Part shown: positions 25,991-38,940 of the stretch, in pieces | How the letters are laid out: every line of letters starts with the position of its first letter | Numbering within the stretch: position 1 is the stretch's first letter | NCBI RefSeq assembly: GCF_030684315.1 | Contig: NC_081369.1 | Span: forward strand, 6,357,763 to 6,421,762 | Length of the DNA stretch: 64,000 bases | Reading direction: 5' to 3' | Source of the DNA: Stegostoma tigrinum | Taxonomy: Eukaryota | The notes under the pieces: model-generated | What the model was told of the DNA's origin: nothing | The model's database searches: none | Seen by the model: only the letters and a program-made list of their open reading frames with translations | Translations under genes and position numbers: made by a program

Positions 25991-26267
25991 TCACCATATT
26001 CCTAGTGCTCTGGTATTAAACATTGTTATATTGGACTCTGGTATCTTCCCCACTAATGCTGTCAGGGTAACAGCTATAATTCAGTTTTCTCTTTACCTCC
26101 TTTTTTTTGAAAGAAATAGTGGGTATATATTTGTAACAAAGCCGACAAACTGTTCCAGAATCTATAGAATCTTGAAAGGTGACCACCGATGCATCTACTA
26201 TTTCCAGGGCCACTACTTTGAGTATTTGGGGATGTAGATTGATTATCAGGCCTTTCTTAGATTTAAA

Positions 26268-27820
26268 GACCAAAACAAAAGTTGCTGGAAAAGCTTAGCA
26301 GGTCTGGCAGCATCGGCGAACAGAAATTAGTTAACGTTTCGGGTTTGGCAACCCTTCCTCAGAACTAATGGCAGTTAGGAACATGCTTGTTTATGGGCAT
26401 AAGGTAGGTTGTGGGGAGGGGGGTTAAGGAGTAAACAATAAGTGGCGACAGAAAGAAGAACAGTCGGACAGACAAGGGATTCAATAATGATCTGGCTTGG
26501 AGAGTGAATAGTTCTTAATGGGGACTGTTAGTCTGCCGTTACACACACCTACTGTTAGTCACTATGTGATAACAAGGCTTGGCATGATGGGTTAAGGGCA
26601 GGGACATGGGAGTGTTTAGGCCCTAAAATTATGGAACTCTATATTGAGGGCTGTATAGCCCCCAAGTAGAAAATGAAGTGTTGTTCTTCCAGTTTTGCTG
26701 AGACAGAGATGTTGGCCAAGGTGGTATGTTAAAGTGGCAGGCAACTGGAAGGTCAGGTCTTTGATGTGAGCAGAACATAGGTGCTCTGCAAAGCAGTCAC
26801 CTAGTCTATGCTTCGTTTCCCCCCACGTAGAGGAGATCACATTTTGAGCAACAAATGCAGTATAGTAGATTCTGGGAAGTGCAGGTGAAGTGCTGCTTCA
26901 GATGGAAGGTACGTTTGGGCCCGCGGATAGTGGGAAGGGAATCGGTAAATGGACAGATTACACCTTCACTGATTGTAGGGGGAGGTGCCGGTGCCGGTGG
27001 ATGGTGATGGTTGGGCGGTGTGGGAGCTGTTGGGAGTGAAGGAACAGTGGACCAGGGTGTCCCAGTGGGAATAGTCCTTGCAGAAGGCGGATAAGGGAGA
27101 AGAGGGGAGTATGTGTCTGGTGGGGTGGCATCTCACTGGAGGTGCAGAAATGGGTCTGATGATCTTCTGGATGTGGATGCTGGTGTGGTGGTAGGAAAGG
27201 GAAAGGGGAACCCTATCGCTGTTGTGGGAGGGAAAGGAGGGGGTGAGGGTGGAAGTGTAGGAGACAGGTTGGTCCTGGTTGAGAGCCCTGTCAACAAGGG
27301 TGCTGGGAAATCAGTTGAGGAATAAGATGAATATTTCAGAGGGTCCCTTGAAGTTGGTGTCAGCAGAATATACGCAGTGGAGACGGAGGAATAGGAGAAT
27401 GAAATGGAGTCTTTAGAGGAAGCAGGGTGTGAGGATGGGTAGTCCAGATAGCTGTGGGAGTTGATGAGTTTATAGAGGATACTAGTGGCCAGTTTATCCC
27501 CAGAAATGGAAAGAGATGTCGAGAAAGGGAAGGGAGGGATCAGAGATAGACCAGGTGAAAGTGAGGGCAGGGTGGAAATGGGAAGTGACACTGATGAACG
27601 GTCCTAATTTTGGACAGGACAGGGATGCAGCACCGATGATATCATCAGTATATCAGAAAGAAAAAAAAAAATTGAGAATAGGGCCCAGAATAGGACTGGA
27701 ACAAGGAATACTCCATGTACCCCACAAAGAGAGGGGCATAACTGGGGCCCATGCGGATACCCATGGCCACCCCTTTAATGTGAAAGAGAATGAGAGGAGT
27801 TAAAAGAGAAGTTGCTAAAT
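26268..27820 (-). mobile_element. Penelope-like element (family B): decayed RT + GIY-YIG + terminal repeat
   Basis: GETKHRLGDCFAEHL (GIY-YIG, ORF 26616-26840); KGVAMGIRMGPSYA (RT, ~27730-27775); NSHSYLDYPSSHP (ORF 27133-27591). Confidence 0.88.
26326..26369 (-). ncRNA. Minimal type I hammerhead ribozyme, structurally complete
   Basis: Minus strand AUUAGUU-CUGAGGA-A-GGGUU-GCCA-AACCC-GAAA-CG-UU-AACUAAU: full core, 7-bp stem I, 5-bp stem II, palindromic loopless stem III, GUU cleavage triplet. Confidence 0.8.
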
Positions 27821-29902
27821 ATCTTAGAATTATCAGCCTTTAATCCCATCAGTTTCTTCAGAATTTCCTAACTAATACAGATTTCCTTCAATTTCTGCCT
27901 CTGACCACACTCTCTCCCAACATTTTGGGATGCTATTCAAGTCCTCCTTTACAAAGGCAGAACTAATGCGTGTATTTAACTGGCATGCCACCTAAATGTC
28001 TTTCTTCACACTTTACCCTGTCGCTGATTGTTAGGGACCTACAGTTGTCTGCACTCACCTTTTATTCTTACATACGTGTAAAAGCTTCTGCTCTGTTCCT
28101 CATAAACTTAGCCTTGGACTTTATTTTCCACCCTCTTAATCAAATCTCTTTATTCTCTGTTGAAAGCTAAACTCCCAATCCTCCAGTCTGCTGTGCCTTT
28201 TGGAAAATTGGTATGCCCTTTTCTTGGATTCAATACTATTTCCTTTGTTAGCAAAGGTTGGGCCACGTTCACTGTTTGATTTTTGTGCCAGATAGGGAGG
28301 AACAATTGTTCCAGTTCCTCCATCTGCTCTTCAGGTGTTTGCCATTGTGTATTCACCATGTTCCCTTTAGGCAGCGCACTCAAAATTGTCAGAGCCAGCA
28401 CTTGCCTCTGACCATCGTAGTTTCCTCGATCCATATTTCAGGACCCTAGTCTCAGAATAAACGTCACTCACCAGCTTCATGAAGAATTCTACCATATTTC
28501 GGTCACTCCTTTTAAGTCACACAGCTACACCGATAATTATTCTCTTCTAATTAGACAATATCCTGTCTCTAGTTGGTTCCTCATCATATTGATCCAGAAA
28601 AACCAGGCCATGCACATTTCAGGAATTCCTCCTCTATGGTCTTGTTACTGATTTATTTTACCTAGTCTATGTACAGATTTGCGTCACCATAATTGAAGCT
28701 GTTCCTTTGTTACACATGTCTCCAATTTCCCGTTTAATATCTTCCCCGACATTTCCACAAAAGTTTGGGGGCACTTTACAAACCCCACTCTAGTTTTCTA
28801 CCCCTTGGTGTTTGAAAGCTCTACCATTTCAGATTCCACTTCACCAGAGCTAATATTCTTTCTCATTGTTGTGTTAATGCTCTCTTTAACTAGTAGGGCA
28901 GCTCACTTTTTCCTCTCATCTGTCCTTCCGAAAATTGAACGCCCCTGGACATTCAGTTCCCATCACTGGTCACCCTGCAGCCATGTCTCCATTACCCTCA
29001 CTATATCATATCATACCATTCCACATCTATTGCATGATCAATTCATCAACTTTATGCAAATGCTCCATGCATTAAGACAAAGCCTTGGTCCCATCTTTTT
29101 AAGATTTTTTGTTTAGTTCACATTATTTTGCATTGTAGCCTTATTTGATAATTGCCTTTAAATTGTCTGCCTTTTTTAAAAAATTTCCCCATCTTTTGAT
29201 TTTTCCCTATATTCTGTCTGCCTCTTTCGGTTCTTCCTTCTGTCATTACAGTTTAAGCCCTTGGCAACTGTACCAGCCAACACTCTCCCTAAGTCGGGTT
29301 CCAGTCCTACCCAAGTGCAACCTGTCCAGCTTGGACCGGCCCCCACTGCCTCCAGATCAGGTCCCAATGCCCCAAGGATCTGAAACCCTTCTCCTCGCAC
29401 CATCTCTCCAGCCACGTATCAATCGGGTATATCCTGCTGTTTCTATTTTGATCAGTACATGGCACAGGTAGTAACCTTGCCATTACCATTGAGGTCTATC
29501 TTCCTCTATTCTATTTTTAGGACCTTGCTCCTTTTATTTACCTATGTCGTTGGCACTGACGCATGCCACAATGACTGGCTGTTCACTCTCCCCTTCGAGA
29601 ATGTCCTCATAATCATTTCAAAAAATCCTTGAGTCTGGCATCCAATGGCAACATACATCCTAGAATCTTGCATGTAGCCACAGAAATACCTACCTATTCT
29701 CCACACAATTGATTCCTCATTAAGTTCCTATTCCACACAGACAGCAGGGCCAACCGTGGTGCAATGATTTTGGTAGTTTTTACCTTCCTGAGGGGCTATT
29801 CTCCCAGCAGTATCTGAAGTGGTGTATCTGTCTTGGCTGGAGGAAGGGCTGCGAGGAAGGTATGAAAGTCAGGGACAGGAGGAGAATGACAGAAGGCTTC
29901 GT

Positions 29903-32576
29903 TGTAGACAATAGGTGCCGGAGTAGGCAATTCGGCTCTTTGAGCCAGCACCACCATTCATTTTGATCATGGCTGATCATCCACAATCAGTATCCTGTTC
30001 CTGCCTTATCCCCATAACCCTTGATTCCACTGTCTTTAAGCGCTCTATCCACCTCTTTCTTGGAAGTATCCAGAGACTTGACCTCCACTGCCTTCTAGGG
30101 CAGAGCATTCCATATATCCACGACTCTCTGGGTGACGAAGTTTTTTCTCAACTCTGTTCTAAATGGCCTACTCCTTATTTTTAAACTGTGCCCTCTGGTT
30201 CTGGACTCCCCCATCAGCAGAAACATGCGTCCTGCCTCCAGAGTGTCCAATCCCTTAATAATCTTATACATCTCAATCAGATCCCCTCATCCTTCTAAAC
30301 TCAAGAGTATAGAAGTCCAGTCGCTCCAATCTTTCAACATATGATAGTCCCACCGTTCTGGGACTTGACCTCGTGAACCTATGCTGCACTCCCTCAATGG
30401 CAAGAATGTCCTTCCTCAAATTTGGAGACCAAAACTGCACACAATACTCCAGATGTGGTCTCACCACAGCCCTGTATAGCTGCAGAAGGACCTCTATGCT
30501 CCTATACTCAATTCCTCTTGTTATGAAGGCCAGCATGCCATTAGCTTTCTTCACTGCCTGCTGTACCTGCATGCTTGCGTTCATTGACTGATGTACAAGA
30601 ATACCTAGATCTCGTTGTACTTCCCCTTTACCTAACTTGACTCCATTTAGATAATAATCTGCCTTCCTGATCTTGCCAAAGTAGATAACCACAAATTTAT
30701 CCACATTAAACTGCATCTGCCATGCATCCGTCCACTCAGCTAGACTGTCCAAGTCATCCTGTATTCTCATAACATCCTCCTCACATTTCACACTGTCATC
30801 CAGCTTTGTGTCATCAGCAAATTTGCTAATATTACTTTTAATGCCTTCGTCTATATCATTAATGTATATTGCAAACAGCTGCGGTCCCAGCACCGAACCT
30901 TGTGGTACCCCACTGGTCACCATCTGCCATTCGTAAAGGGACCCGTTTATCACTACTCTTTGCATCCTGTCAGCCAGACAATTTTCAATCCAAGCCAGTA
31001 GTTTGCTCCCAATACCATGTGCCCTAATTTTGTTCTATGTGGGACTTTATCAAAGACTTTCTGAAAGACCAGGTACACTACATCCACTGGTTCTTCCTTG
31101 TCCATCTTCATGGGTACATCCTCAAAAAATTCCAGAAGATTAGTCAAGCACGATTTCCCCTTCATAAATCCATGCTGACTCTGACCTATCCTGTTACTGC
31201 TATCCAAATGAGTTGTAGTTTCATCTTTTATAATTGACTCCAGCATCTTTCCCACCACTGACATCAGGCTAACAGGTCTGTAATTTCCTGTTTTCTCTCT
31301 CCCTCCTTTGAAACGTGGGACAACATTAGCTACCCTCCAATCTGCAGGAACTGATCCTGAATCTATAGAACATTGGAAAATGATTACCAATGCGTCCACG
31401 ATTTCTCGAGCCACCTCCTTAGGTACCCTGGGATGCAGGCCATCAGGTCCCGGGGACTTATCAGCCTTCAGACCCAACAGTCTATCCAACACCATTTCCT
31501 GCCTAATATAAATACCCTTCAGTTCGTCCATTACCCTCGGTCCTTCAGCCACTACTGCATCTGGGAGATTGGATCTGTCTTCCCTAGGGAAGACAGATCC
31601 AAAGTACCGATTTATCCCTTCTGCCATTTCCTTGTTCCCCATAATAAATTCACCCTTTTCTGTCCTCAAGGGCCCAATTTTAGTCTTAACCTTTTTTTTT
31701 CTTTTCACATACCTAAAAAAGCTTTTACTATCCTCCTTTATATTTTTGGCCAGTTTGCCCTCGTACCTCATTTTTTCTGTGTATTGCCTTTTTAATAATC
31801 TTCTCTTGCTCTTTAAAAGCTTCCCAGTCCTCCGGCTTCCCGCTCATCTTTGCTATGTTATACTTCTTCTCCTTTATCTTTATACAGTCCTTAACTTCCC
31901 TCGTCAGCCCCGGCCGCCCCTGCCTCCCCTTAGGATCTTTCTTCCTCTTTGGAATGAACTGATCCTGCACCTTCTGCATTATATCCAGAAATACCTGCCA
32001 CTGTTGTTCCACTGCCATCCCTGCTCGGGTATTGAACCATTGAACTTTGGCCAGCTCCTCCCTCATAGCTCCATAGTTCCCTTTGTTCAACTGCAATACT
32101 GACACTTCCGATTCTCCCTTCTCCCCCTCAAACTGCAGATTAAAACTTATCATATTATGGTCACTACCTCCTAATGGCTCATTTACTTTGAGGTCCCTGA
32201 CCAAATCCGGTTCATTGCACAACACCAGATCCAGAATTGCCTCCTCCCTGGTAGGCTCCAGTACAAGCTGTTCTAAGAATCCACCTCAGAGGCACTCCAC
32301 AAACTCCCTTTCTTGGGGTCCAGTACCATCCTGATTCTCCCAGTCTACCCGCATGTTGAAATCTCCCATAACAACAGTAGTGATACCTTTGTGACAGGCC
32401 AATTTCAACTCCTGATTTCAACTTGCACCCTACATCCTGACTGTTTGGGGGCCTGTAGATAACTCCCATTAGGGTCTTTCTACCCTTAGACTTTCTCAGC
32501 TCTATCCATACTGACTCTACATCTCCTGACTCTATGTCCCCCCTCGCAAGGGACTGAATATCATTCCTCACCAACG
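29903..32576 (-). mobile_element. Young CR1 LINE, most of ORF2 (APE endonuclease + RT), frameshifted
   Basis: ORFs 32212-32688 (ESVWIEL..GVIYRPPN), 31728-32225 (LGGSDHN), 30953-31771 (KSPGPDGLHP, YRPVSL, QHGF), 30273-30965 (GVPQGSVLGP, FADDTK). Confidence 0.95.
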
Positions 32577-32924
32577 CAATCTTTTGTGGAGGTGTATGGT
32601 GGTCGTTTTGGCATTTGCAACATACACTCAAGTGAAATGCAATACCTTTGTTGGTCCATAGTAGGATATCAGCCCAAACTCGAGTCACATATCATCCCAG
32701 CCAGAAGCTGGATATCAACAGAGGCTCCTGCAATCAAGTCCCTAAATATTACACGTTTAAACCACCAATTCTCTCGCCTAGTACCATCTCTCCACTACAG
32801 AAGTTCCTTAAGTGCAAGAGAGAAAGAAAGGGAGACAGTGCACACAAGGGAAACACCACACATGCAAGAAAGAAAATGAGCAACAGCCTATCCACTAAAC
32901 TGTCACACACAACTAAGCAAGATA

Positions 32925-33860
32925 ATTGAAATAGCTAATACTCTGCTGGCCTTTACATCCAGAGGTAAGAATATACAAAAGGTAAAAGTCAGGCTTCAGC
33001 TGAGTAACCAAATACCATTTAGGTCACAGTCCTGGACATATCTTAGTTTGAATACTCTAGTTTTGGAGGGCTTGCAGCTTTGATTTGTTAGAGTGATACC
33101 TGCACTCTGAGGATTAATTTAAGAGGTGCATTTACTCAAACTGGGACTTTTAGAAAGTCAACCAATGACCTGACTGAAGATCACAAGATATTAACAGAAA
33201 CAGACCGCGAGAGCGCTTACTTCCATTGGTTGGGGAATCAAGAACTGATATCAGGGGAGGAGGTTAGGAAACATTCTCCAGGTGAAGAGATAGAACAGAG
33301 AACAATACAGCATGGGAACAGGCCCTTCAGCCCTCCAATTTTGCGCCAATATACTAAAACTGCTATTCCACACTAAAACTGTCTTCATTACAGGATCCAC
33401 ATCCCTCTACTCCCTTCCTCTTCATGTATTCTCTCAGTGCATCTTGAAAGCTGCTATTGTGTCTGCTTCCACCATCTCCTCTGACAGTGTGTTCCAGACA
33501 TTCACCACCCTTGAGAAAAGTTTACTTCACACAACTCCCCACTACTGCTCACACCCTCCCCCCAGCCCCTTGAATCTGCGTCCCTTGGTAATTGACCTCT
33601 CCGGCTCGAGAGAAAGCCTCATATTTTCCACTCTATTATTGCCATTCACAATCTTCTAAACGTCTCATCAGGTTACCCCTCAACCTCAAGCGTCCCAATC
33701 ACTAAGTTTGGAACTCTTCAACAACTGCAGATTTGAGACTGATAGACCAATGTTAACCACTGATGTTCAGGGGTGTAGGGCAAAGATTCCACAGCCAGTT
33801 CATAGATCAATTACAATGAATGCGCCATGAGTTACTGGAAATCAAGACTGCTGCTCCCAG
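32925..33860. mobile_element. Decayed CR1 3' fragment (+) interrupted by a CR1 3' end (-) at ~33290-33710
   Basis: Similarity by eye to CR1 C-terminal and 3' UTR text elsewhere in the window. Confidence 0.55.
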
Positions 33861-33912
33861 GGTCGTCACAAAGATTAAAGATTTCACAAAAAAAAACTGA
33901 ACTCGATTCAGA

Positions 33913-34123
33913 TTGACAAAGTCCAGAGATAATAGGAACTGCAGAATCTGAGATAACAAGGTGTAGAGCTGGATTAACACAGCAGGCCAAGCAGCGACAG
34001 AGGGGCAGGAAGTGGATGTTTCAGGCCTAGGCCTTTCTTCAGCTTTCCTGCTCCTCTGGTGCTGCTTGGCCTACTGTGTTCATCCAGCTCGACACCATGT
34101 TATCTCTCTTGACTAAGTACAGA
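33913..34123. mobile_element. Palindromic Penelope-derived mini-element (family A) with decayed 15-bp TSD
   Basis: ttgacaaagtccaga / ttgactaagtacaga flanks; inverted arms as at 24114-24271. Confidence 0.8.
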
Positions 34124-35338
34124 CCAGGTTTCTGTTCGTAACATGAAATTATTACTCATTACAAGTAATTAGACTGTAGTCACAGGCAATAACTATGAAC
34201 CACTGGCATATAATACTACCATTAAAACTCTAACTTCTTACACACAAACAAAAAAATAGGTGTTGGCGACAGGGTGAAAGTTTGGGACTGCAATGCAGTG
34301 GCTCAGTGCTCACAGGGTCTACTGAGAATTCTTCTGCCGATCAGAACTCTACTCTCAGTCACTTATTTACAGGAGGTACAAGTGACTGATTCACACTTAT
34401 AAATGGTGTCCGACGTACTAAAATTCACAGTTTATAGCAACTGAAGGAAAAGTAAATTGGTTTTCTTCAGACTTACAGCTTTTACTGAGTTGGAGAAGAT
34501 CCAAAGACTTGTTGCAATTTTGTTCAGTCTCAAGCCAGACAGGTACTCAAGAGCCAATCATGTTGGTGTTGGCAAGCAGAAGGCCTTTGTCATCGAAGAT
34601 TGGTCGGTGGACTAGTGACCACTTATTTGTTGCTGGCCAAATCTCCACAAGTACTTAAGGCTTTTGGTTCCAGCTTGTCTGCAAACTACACTTCAATCAC
34701 TGCTTGAAGCAGCAGTTTTATAAACGATGATCACAATCAATGTTGGATTACTTGCTTCCAAAAACACACAGGAATCCTCAGTTTTAAACACAGTTCTTTT
34801 CTCATTTCAGTCACAATGTAACAATACAGAAAATAAAAAAAAAGAGACAAGGTCGTTACAAATAACAGAGGCAGCGTGAGGGTCCAAATGGCATCCCCTG
34901 TTCTTACATTCAATGGGCTGTGCACATAATAAACAGAATGCGAAGGGGCTGAATGTAGAAGAGTGCTGCGGCACACATACATGAGAGAAAAATACTCTCA
35001 ATTATTCAGCTCATTACCACATTACTCACTGATATTTGTTCTGAGCCATTTAAGTTACCATGCCCTGTTGCAGATCTGCCAAGTGGGCTTAGTACTCAAG
35101 CCCACTCTACTAAAATCATAGCTTCACATGCTGACTTTTCAATTCATTTGTCCTTTTAAGCCCTTTCATTTCCTTAACTGACTACAATTACTTTCCAAAT
35201 AGTTAGCACACTCACAGGCATCACTGGGCAACAGGAGATAGCAAAACCAAGAACACCTTTTAAGTACTTATGTGCATCAACTTCACAATCAATCAATCTG
35301 GTAACCTCAGAGAAACAGGACAAGGCAGAATTTGAAAA

Positions 35339-35423
35339 TAATAAAATGTGAGGCTGGATGAACACAGCAGGCCAAGCAGCATCTCAGGAGCACAAAAGCT
35401 GACGTTTCGGGCCTAGACCCTTT
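35339..35423 (-). mobile_element. Family A terminal-repeat fragment with partial hammerhead
   Basis: aataaaatgtgaggctggatgaacacagcaggccaagcagcatctcaggagcacaaaagctgacgtttcgggcctagaccct; truncated before the CUGAUGA box. Confidence 0.8.
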
Positions 35424-35533
35424 GAGATTTTTTTTAAAAAACTACTTTTGCTCACAATTTATTCAAGCGTGTTTTAAACCATCTCAACAGCTGAAACAAC
35501 ATGATCCTTTCAAGATTTACAGATGAGCTGATA

Positions 35534-35547
35534 CTGCCACCTAGTGG
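35534..35547 (-). promoter_or_regulatory. Candidate CTCF binding site
   Basis: CCACTAGGTGGCAG on the minus strand matches the CTCF core consensus; flanks look non-repetitive. Motif match only. Confidence 0.5.
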
Positions 35548-36065
35548 ATATGAGAGACTGCAGTAATTTCTCACATCCCTGGGGCCATTTAATAATCCAT
35601 TGTGACCCAGTTCAAATTCAACAACTGGCACTTAAACAGAACCAGAAACATAGGAAGACACCCCCAGGCACTTCACAGAAACATTGTCAGTAATTAGTGG
35701 ATATAGACCAGTGGACAGCTGGTTTTAATATTGGTTTAAGCAGAAGGAGAAGAGGAAGGTGGTAGGCTTTAGTCAAGAAATTTCAGGCAAGGGGGTCAAG
35801 ACAGCTGAAAGCATAGCTACTTTTTTGACCAATATATCACATCGTCTCAGTTGAACATTGAGAAGTTTTTCAGTATGCAAAAACTGAAAATCCAGCATCA
35901 AGCTCTAAGATTCTCCAGCTCTGCCCATTTAAAGTAATCATTTGATGAGTTGCATTGTCAATTCTGAATCAGCGACAACTGCTTTAAAACTCCAAGTGCT
36001 GAGTTTGTTCAGGATCTCAGGGCTCCCCATTCGCAAACCTTCTCTAGCATCTCAAGCCCACAACC

Positions 36066-36852
36066 CTGTAAATCTCTCCAAAATAACGAAGTGTGGAGCT
36101 GGATGAATACAGCAGGCCAAGCAGCATCTTAGGAGCACAAAAGCTGATGTTTCGGACCTAGGCCCTTCATCAGAAAAGGGGGATGGGGAGAGGATTTGGA
36201 AATAAATGGGGAGAGAGGGGGAGGCGGACTGAAGATGGATAGAGGAGAAGATAGGTGGAGAGGAGAGTGTAGGTGTGGAGGTAGGGAGGGGATAGGTCAG
36301 TCCAGGGAGGATGGACAGGTCAAGGGGGCGGGATGAGGTTAGTAGGTGGGAAATGGAGGTGCGGACTTGAGGTGGGAGGAGGGGATAGGTGAGAGGAAGA
36401 ACAGGTTAGGCTGGGACAAGTTGGGCTGGTCTGAGATGCAGTGGGGGGGGGGGGGGAGGCGAGGGGAGATTTTGAAGCTGGTGAAGTCCACATTGATGCC
36501 ATAGGGCTGCACAGTTCCCAAGTGGAATATGAGTTGTTGTTCCAGCAACCTACGGGTGGCATCATTATGGCACTGCAGGAGGCCCACGATGGACATGTCA
36601 TCTGAGAAATGGGAGGGGGAGTTGAAATGGTTCGCGACTGGGAGGTGCGGTTGTTTACTGCGAACCGAGCGTAGGTGTTCTGCAAAGCGGTCCCCAAGCC
36701 TCCGCTTGGTTTCCCCAAAGTACAGGAAGCCACACCATGTACAGCGGTGTTCCTAAGATGCTGCTTGGCCTGCTGTGTTCATCCAGCTCCAAACTTGGTT
36801 ATCTTGGATTCTCCAGCATCTGCATTTCCCATTATCACTGTAAATCTCTCCA
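36066..36852 (-). mobile_element. 5'-truncated Penelope-like element (family A) with inverted terminal piece and 15-bp TSD
   Basis: ctgtaaatctctcca at 36066-36080 and 36838-36852; GIY-YIG C-terminal half; hammerhead motif 36146-36173 (CTGATGAAGGGCCTAGGTCCGAAACATC). Confidence 0.9.
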
Positions 36853-37269
36853 CTCAGTTACATCGTTCTGTGATACCCCCTTCATTTACTTCTGGTGTCT
36901 GAGCCTTTGCAGTCATATCAGCAATTTCTTCTCTGAACTTCACCACTCTCACTCGACCTCTAAGACCTTCCATAAAGTACTGTTGCCTCTGTGGACAACC
37001 ATCTGTCTAAAGTGCAACTTTTATAAATGTATGCTATTTTATTATATTCTATTTTAGATTCATTACACAACAGCAATCTTTCACTGTTTCCGCATTACTC
37101 CCACCTTGAACAGCCTTGTTAATGTTGTGTAAAAGCCAGTTTTCTCATGCCCACAAAAGCAACAGCTCACAGAAACTTCCAAATGTCTACCAGGTGTTGG
37201 AGAGTTAAAGCTTAGCCCAGAAAGTTACGGCAGCCATCAATGCACACACTATTCCCAATACACATCACA

Positions 37270-37868
37270 ACTTGGGTGAGGAAGGAAGCTCCGAGAGGCT
37301 GCTGTAGCGGTCAATGCGGTGTGGATCTGGCCATTCCTCCTGGCTGCTTTGGTGGTGGCTGAAGATGAGGTGGCTCCAGGAGGGCCTAGTTGTCCAACAG
37401 CCCGGGTTTCCCCAAGGCTTCTGCGGAGTCTTTGCGGTGTTGTGGTCAGTCTAGGTCTCTTCGTGACGGCTTCAGTTAGTCAGTGACTGCATGCGACATT
37501 GTGGTGGGTCCAGCCCGGGATTCCAACAAGGTGGGAGCGTTGGATCCTAGAGTCCACAGCCATGAAATGGTCTAAGTGTGTTATGTCTTAAATACTAATT
37601 TTGTTTTCTGTGTCATATTATTGTGGAAAGATTGTCACGCTGAACTTGTTCTTTCTTTATTCTAATTTATTACAATGATTTTGTACTATTGAAGGTCTGT
37701 AATGCTGAGCTTTTGATTTCTTTAAATATTCTTTTCCTAAGAAGGTGTACTCAAGAATCTGAATCAAGACACTTTTGTAGCTAAGATGGTGTTAAGTGGC
37801 AATCTGCAAATTTTTCCACTATACTCACGTGAATACGTGTGACAATAAAGCTAATTCAATTCAATTTC
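37270..37868 (+). mobile_element. Unclassified non-autonomous retroposon with Rex/Babar-like tail
   Basis: GC-richer head, T-rich middle, ends gtgacaataaagctaattcaattcaa, resembling the tails at 19131-19200 (-) and 42380-42460 (-). Confidence 0.45.
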
Positions 37869-38850
37869 ACCCAACAGCTAAGGGAGTGTCTGAGGCAGTA
37901 TTAAGCCACATAGATCTCAGTCACAAGTCACCTCTTTGGTCTGTACGTCATCTACTTGAGGGGGTGCAGGGGTAGGGTAAGGAGAGAATGCCATTGATCA
38001 TAACTGGAATCCATGACCTTCAGGCAAGCCCTTTGGTGACAGCCAAGGAGCAGTCATTGTCAGCTGCTTTGCCTTCCCCATTTGAAGAGGCTACCTACTG
38101 GACAGATACTGGAATTGCTGTCAATGAAGCTACACCCAACGAGGAAGTAATATTTTCAAAGGACTGAAAACAGTTAGAGGTGTGGGCAGGGGGAAGACAG
38201 ATGAATGGAAAATGAACATGAAGTACCTCACATTCACAGATTAAATGAGCATAATATCACAGTCATAGCATTCAGTCACTCAGTCCACCATGCCTGTGGC
38301 AGCTTTCTGACCAGACCATCACATCAGGTCAACTGCTTCCCTACAGCCAGGCAACGCTTTCCTTTTCAGGTACAAATCATATCTTCTTTTGAAAGTCACT
38401 ACTGAAGCTGTTTTTGTTGTACTGTTGGGCAGTACCTTTCACAACACAACCTCTTCTCATTTCTCCTCCTGGCTCTTTGACAATTATTTGAAATAACAAT
38501 TGCCGAGGCTCAAAGCGAACTAGCATCATTTACACATGCTGGGCACAATGTCCTCATTAACGTGTGTTTCAAGGCTATGTATTCCTGTGATATAATGAAT
38601 CTCTACACCTGGCCCATGTTTAAAGGTTCATTTATAACAGGTCTTAATGCACAATATTTCTGCATAATTAATGGTCCAATTGAGAACTTTTTGTAAATTA
38701 TAAAATATACTTTACACCTTGCAGCCCTCTTTATCATGGTACGCAACTTAGCTTAAGCAGCATTGAACAGAATAGCACCAGAGGAATTATCTCACTAACT
38801 TAATGAGTGAGAAGTGGATTCTGGGACTCTGCATGCATAGATTTCTGGCA

Positions 38851-38940
38851 TAACAAGGTGTGGAGTTGTATGAACACAGGAGGCCAAGCAGCAAAGGAGC
38901 AGGAAAGCTGACGTTTTGGGTCAGGACCCTTCTTCAGAAA
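38851..38940 (-). mobile_element. Family A terminal-repeat fragment
   Basis: Degenerate hammerhead CTGAAGAAGGGTCCTGACCCAAAACGTC on the minus strand; ttctggca repeated on both flanks. Confidence 0.75.

Larger units (their letters stand above)
24530..29830 (-). mobile_element. Old fragmented CR1 LINE (3' UTR, RT, endonuclease, ORF1 esterase) broken by later insertions
   Basis: KYNVDKC and KCHISKFA near 24900-25060, endonuclease-region debris 28500-29100, SGNH-esterase-like WLERWCEEKGFRSLGHWD at 29307-29489. Order is collinear with a CR1; single origin is inferred. Confidence 0.6.

Noticed and set aside
34477-34678. Possible cryptic exon on the minus strand (TTTGCAG acceptor, GTAAGT donor)
   Set aside because: Weak polypyrimidine tract, 202 nt, early in-frame stop, no homology; such site pairs are expected by chance in a 24-kb intron.
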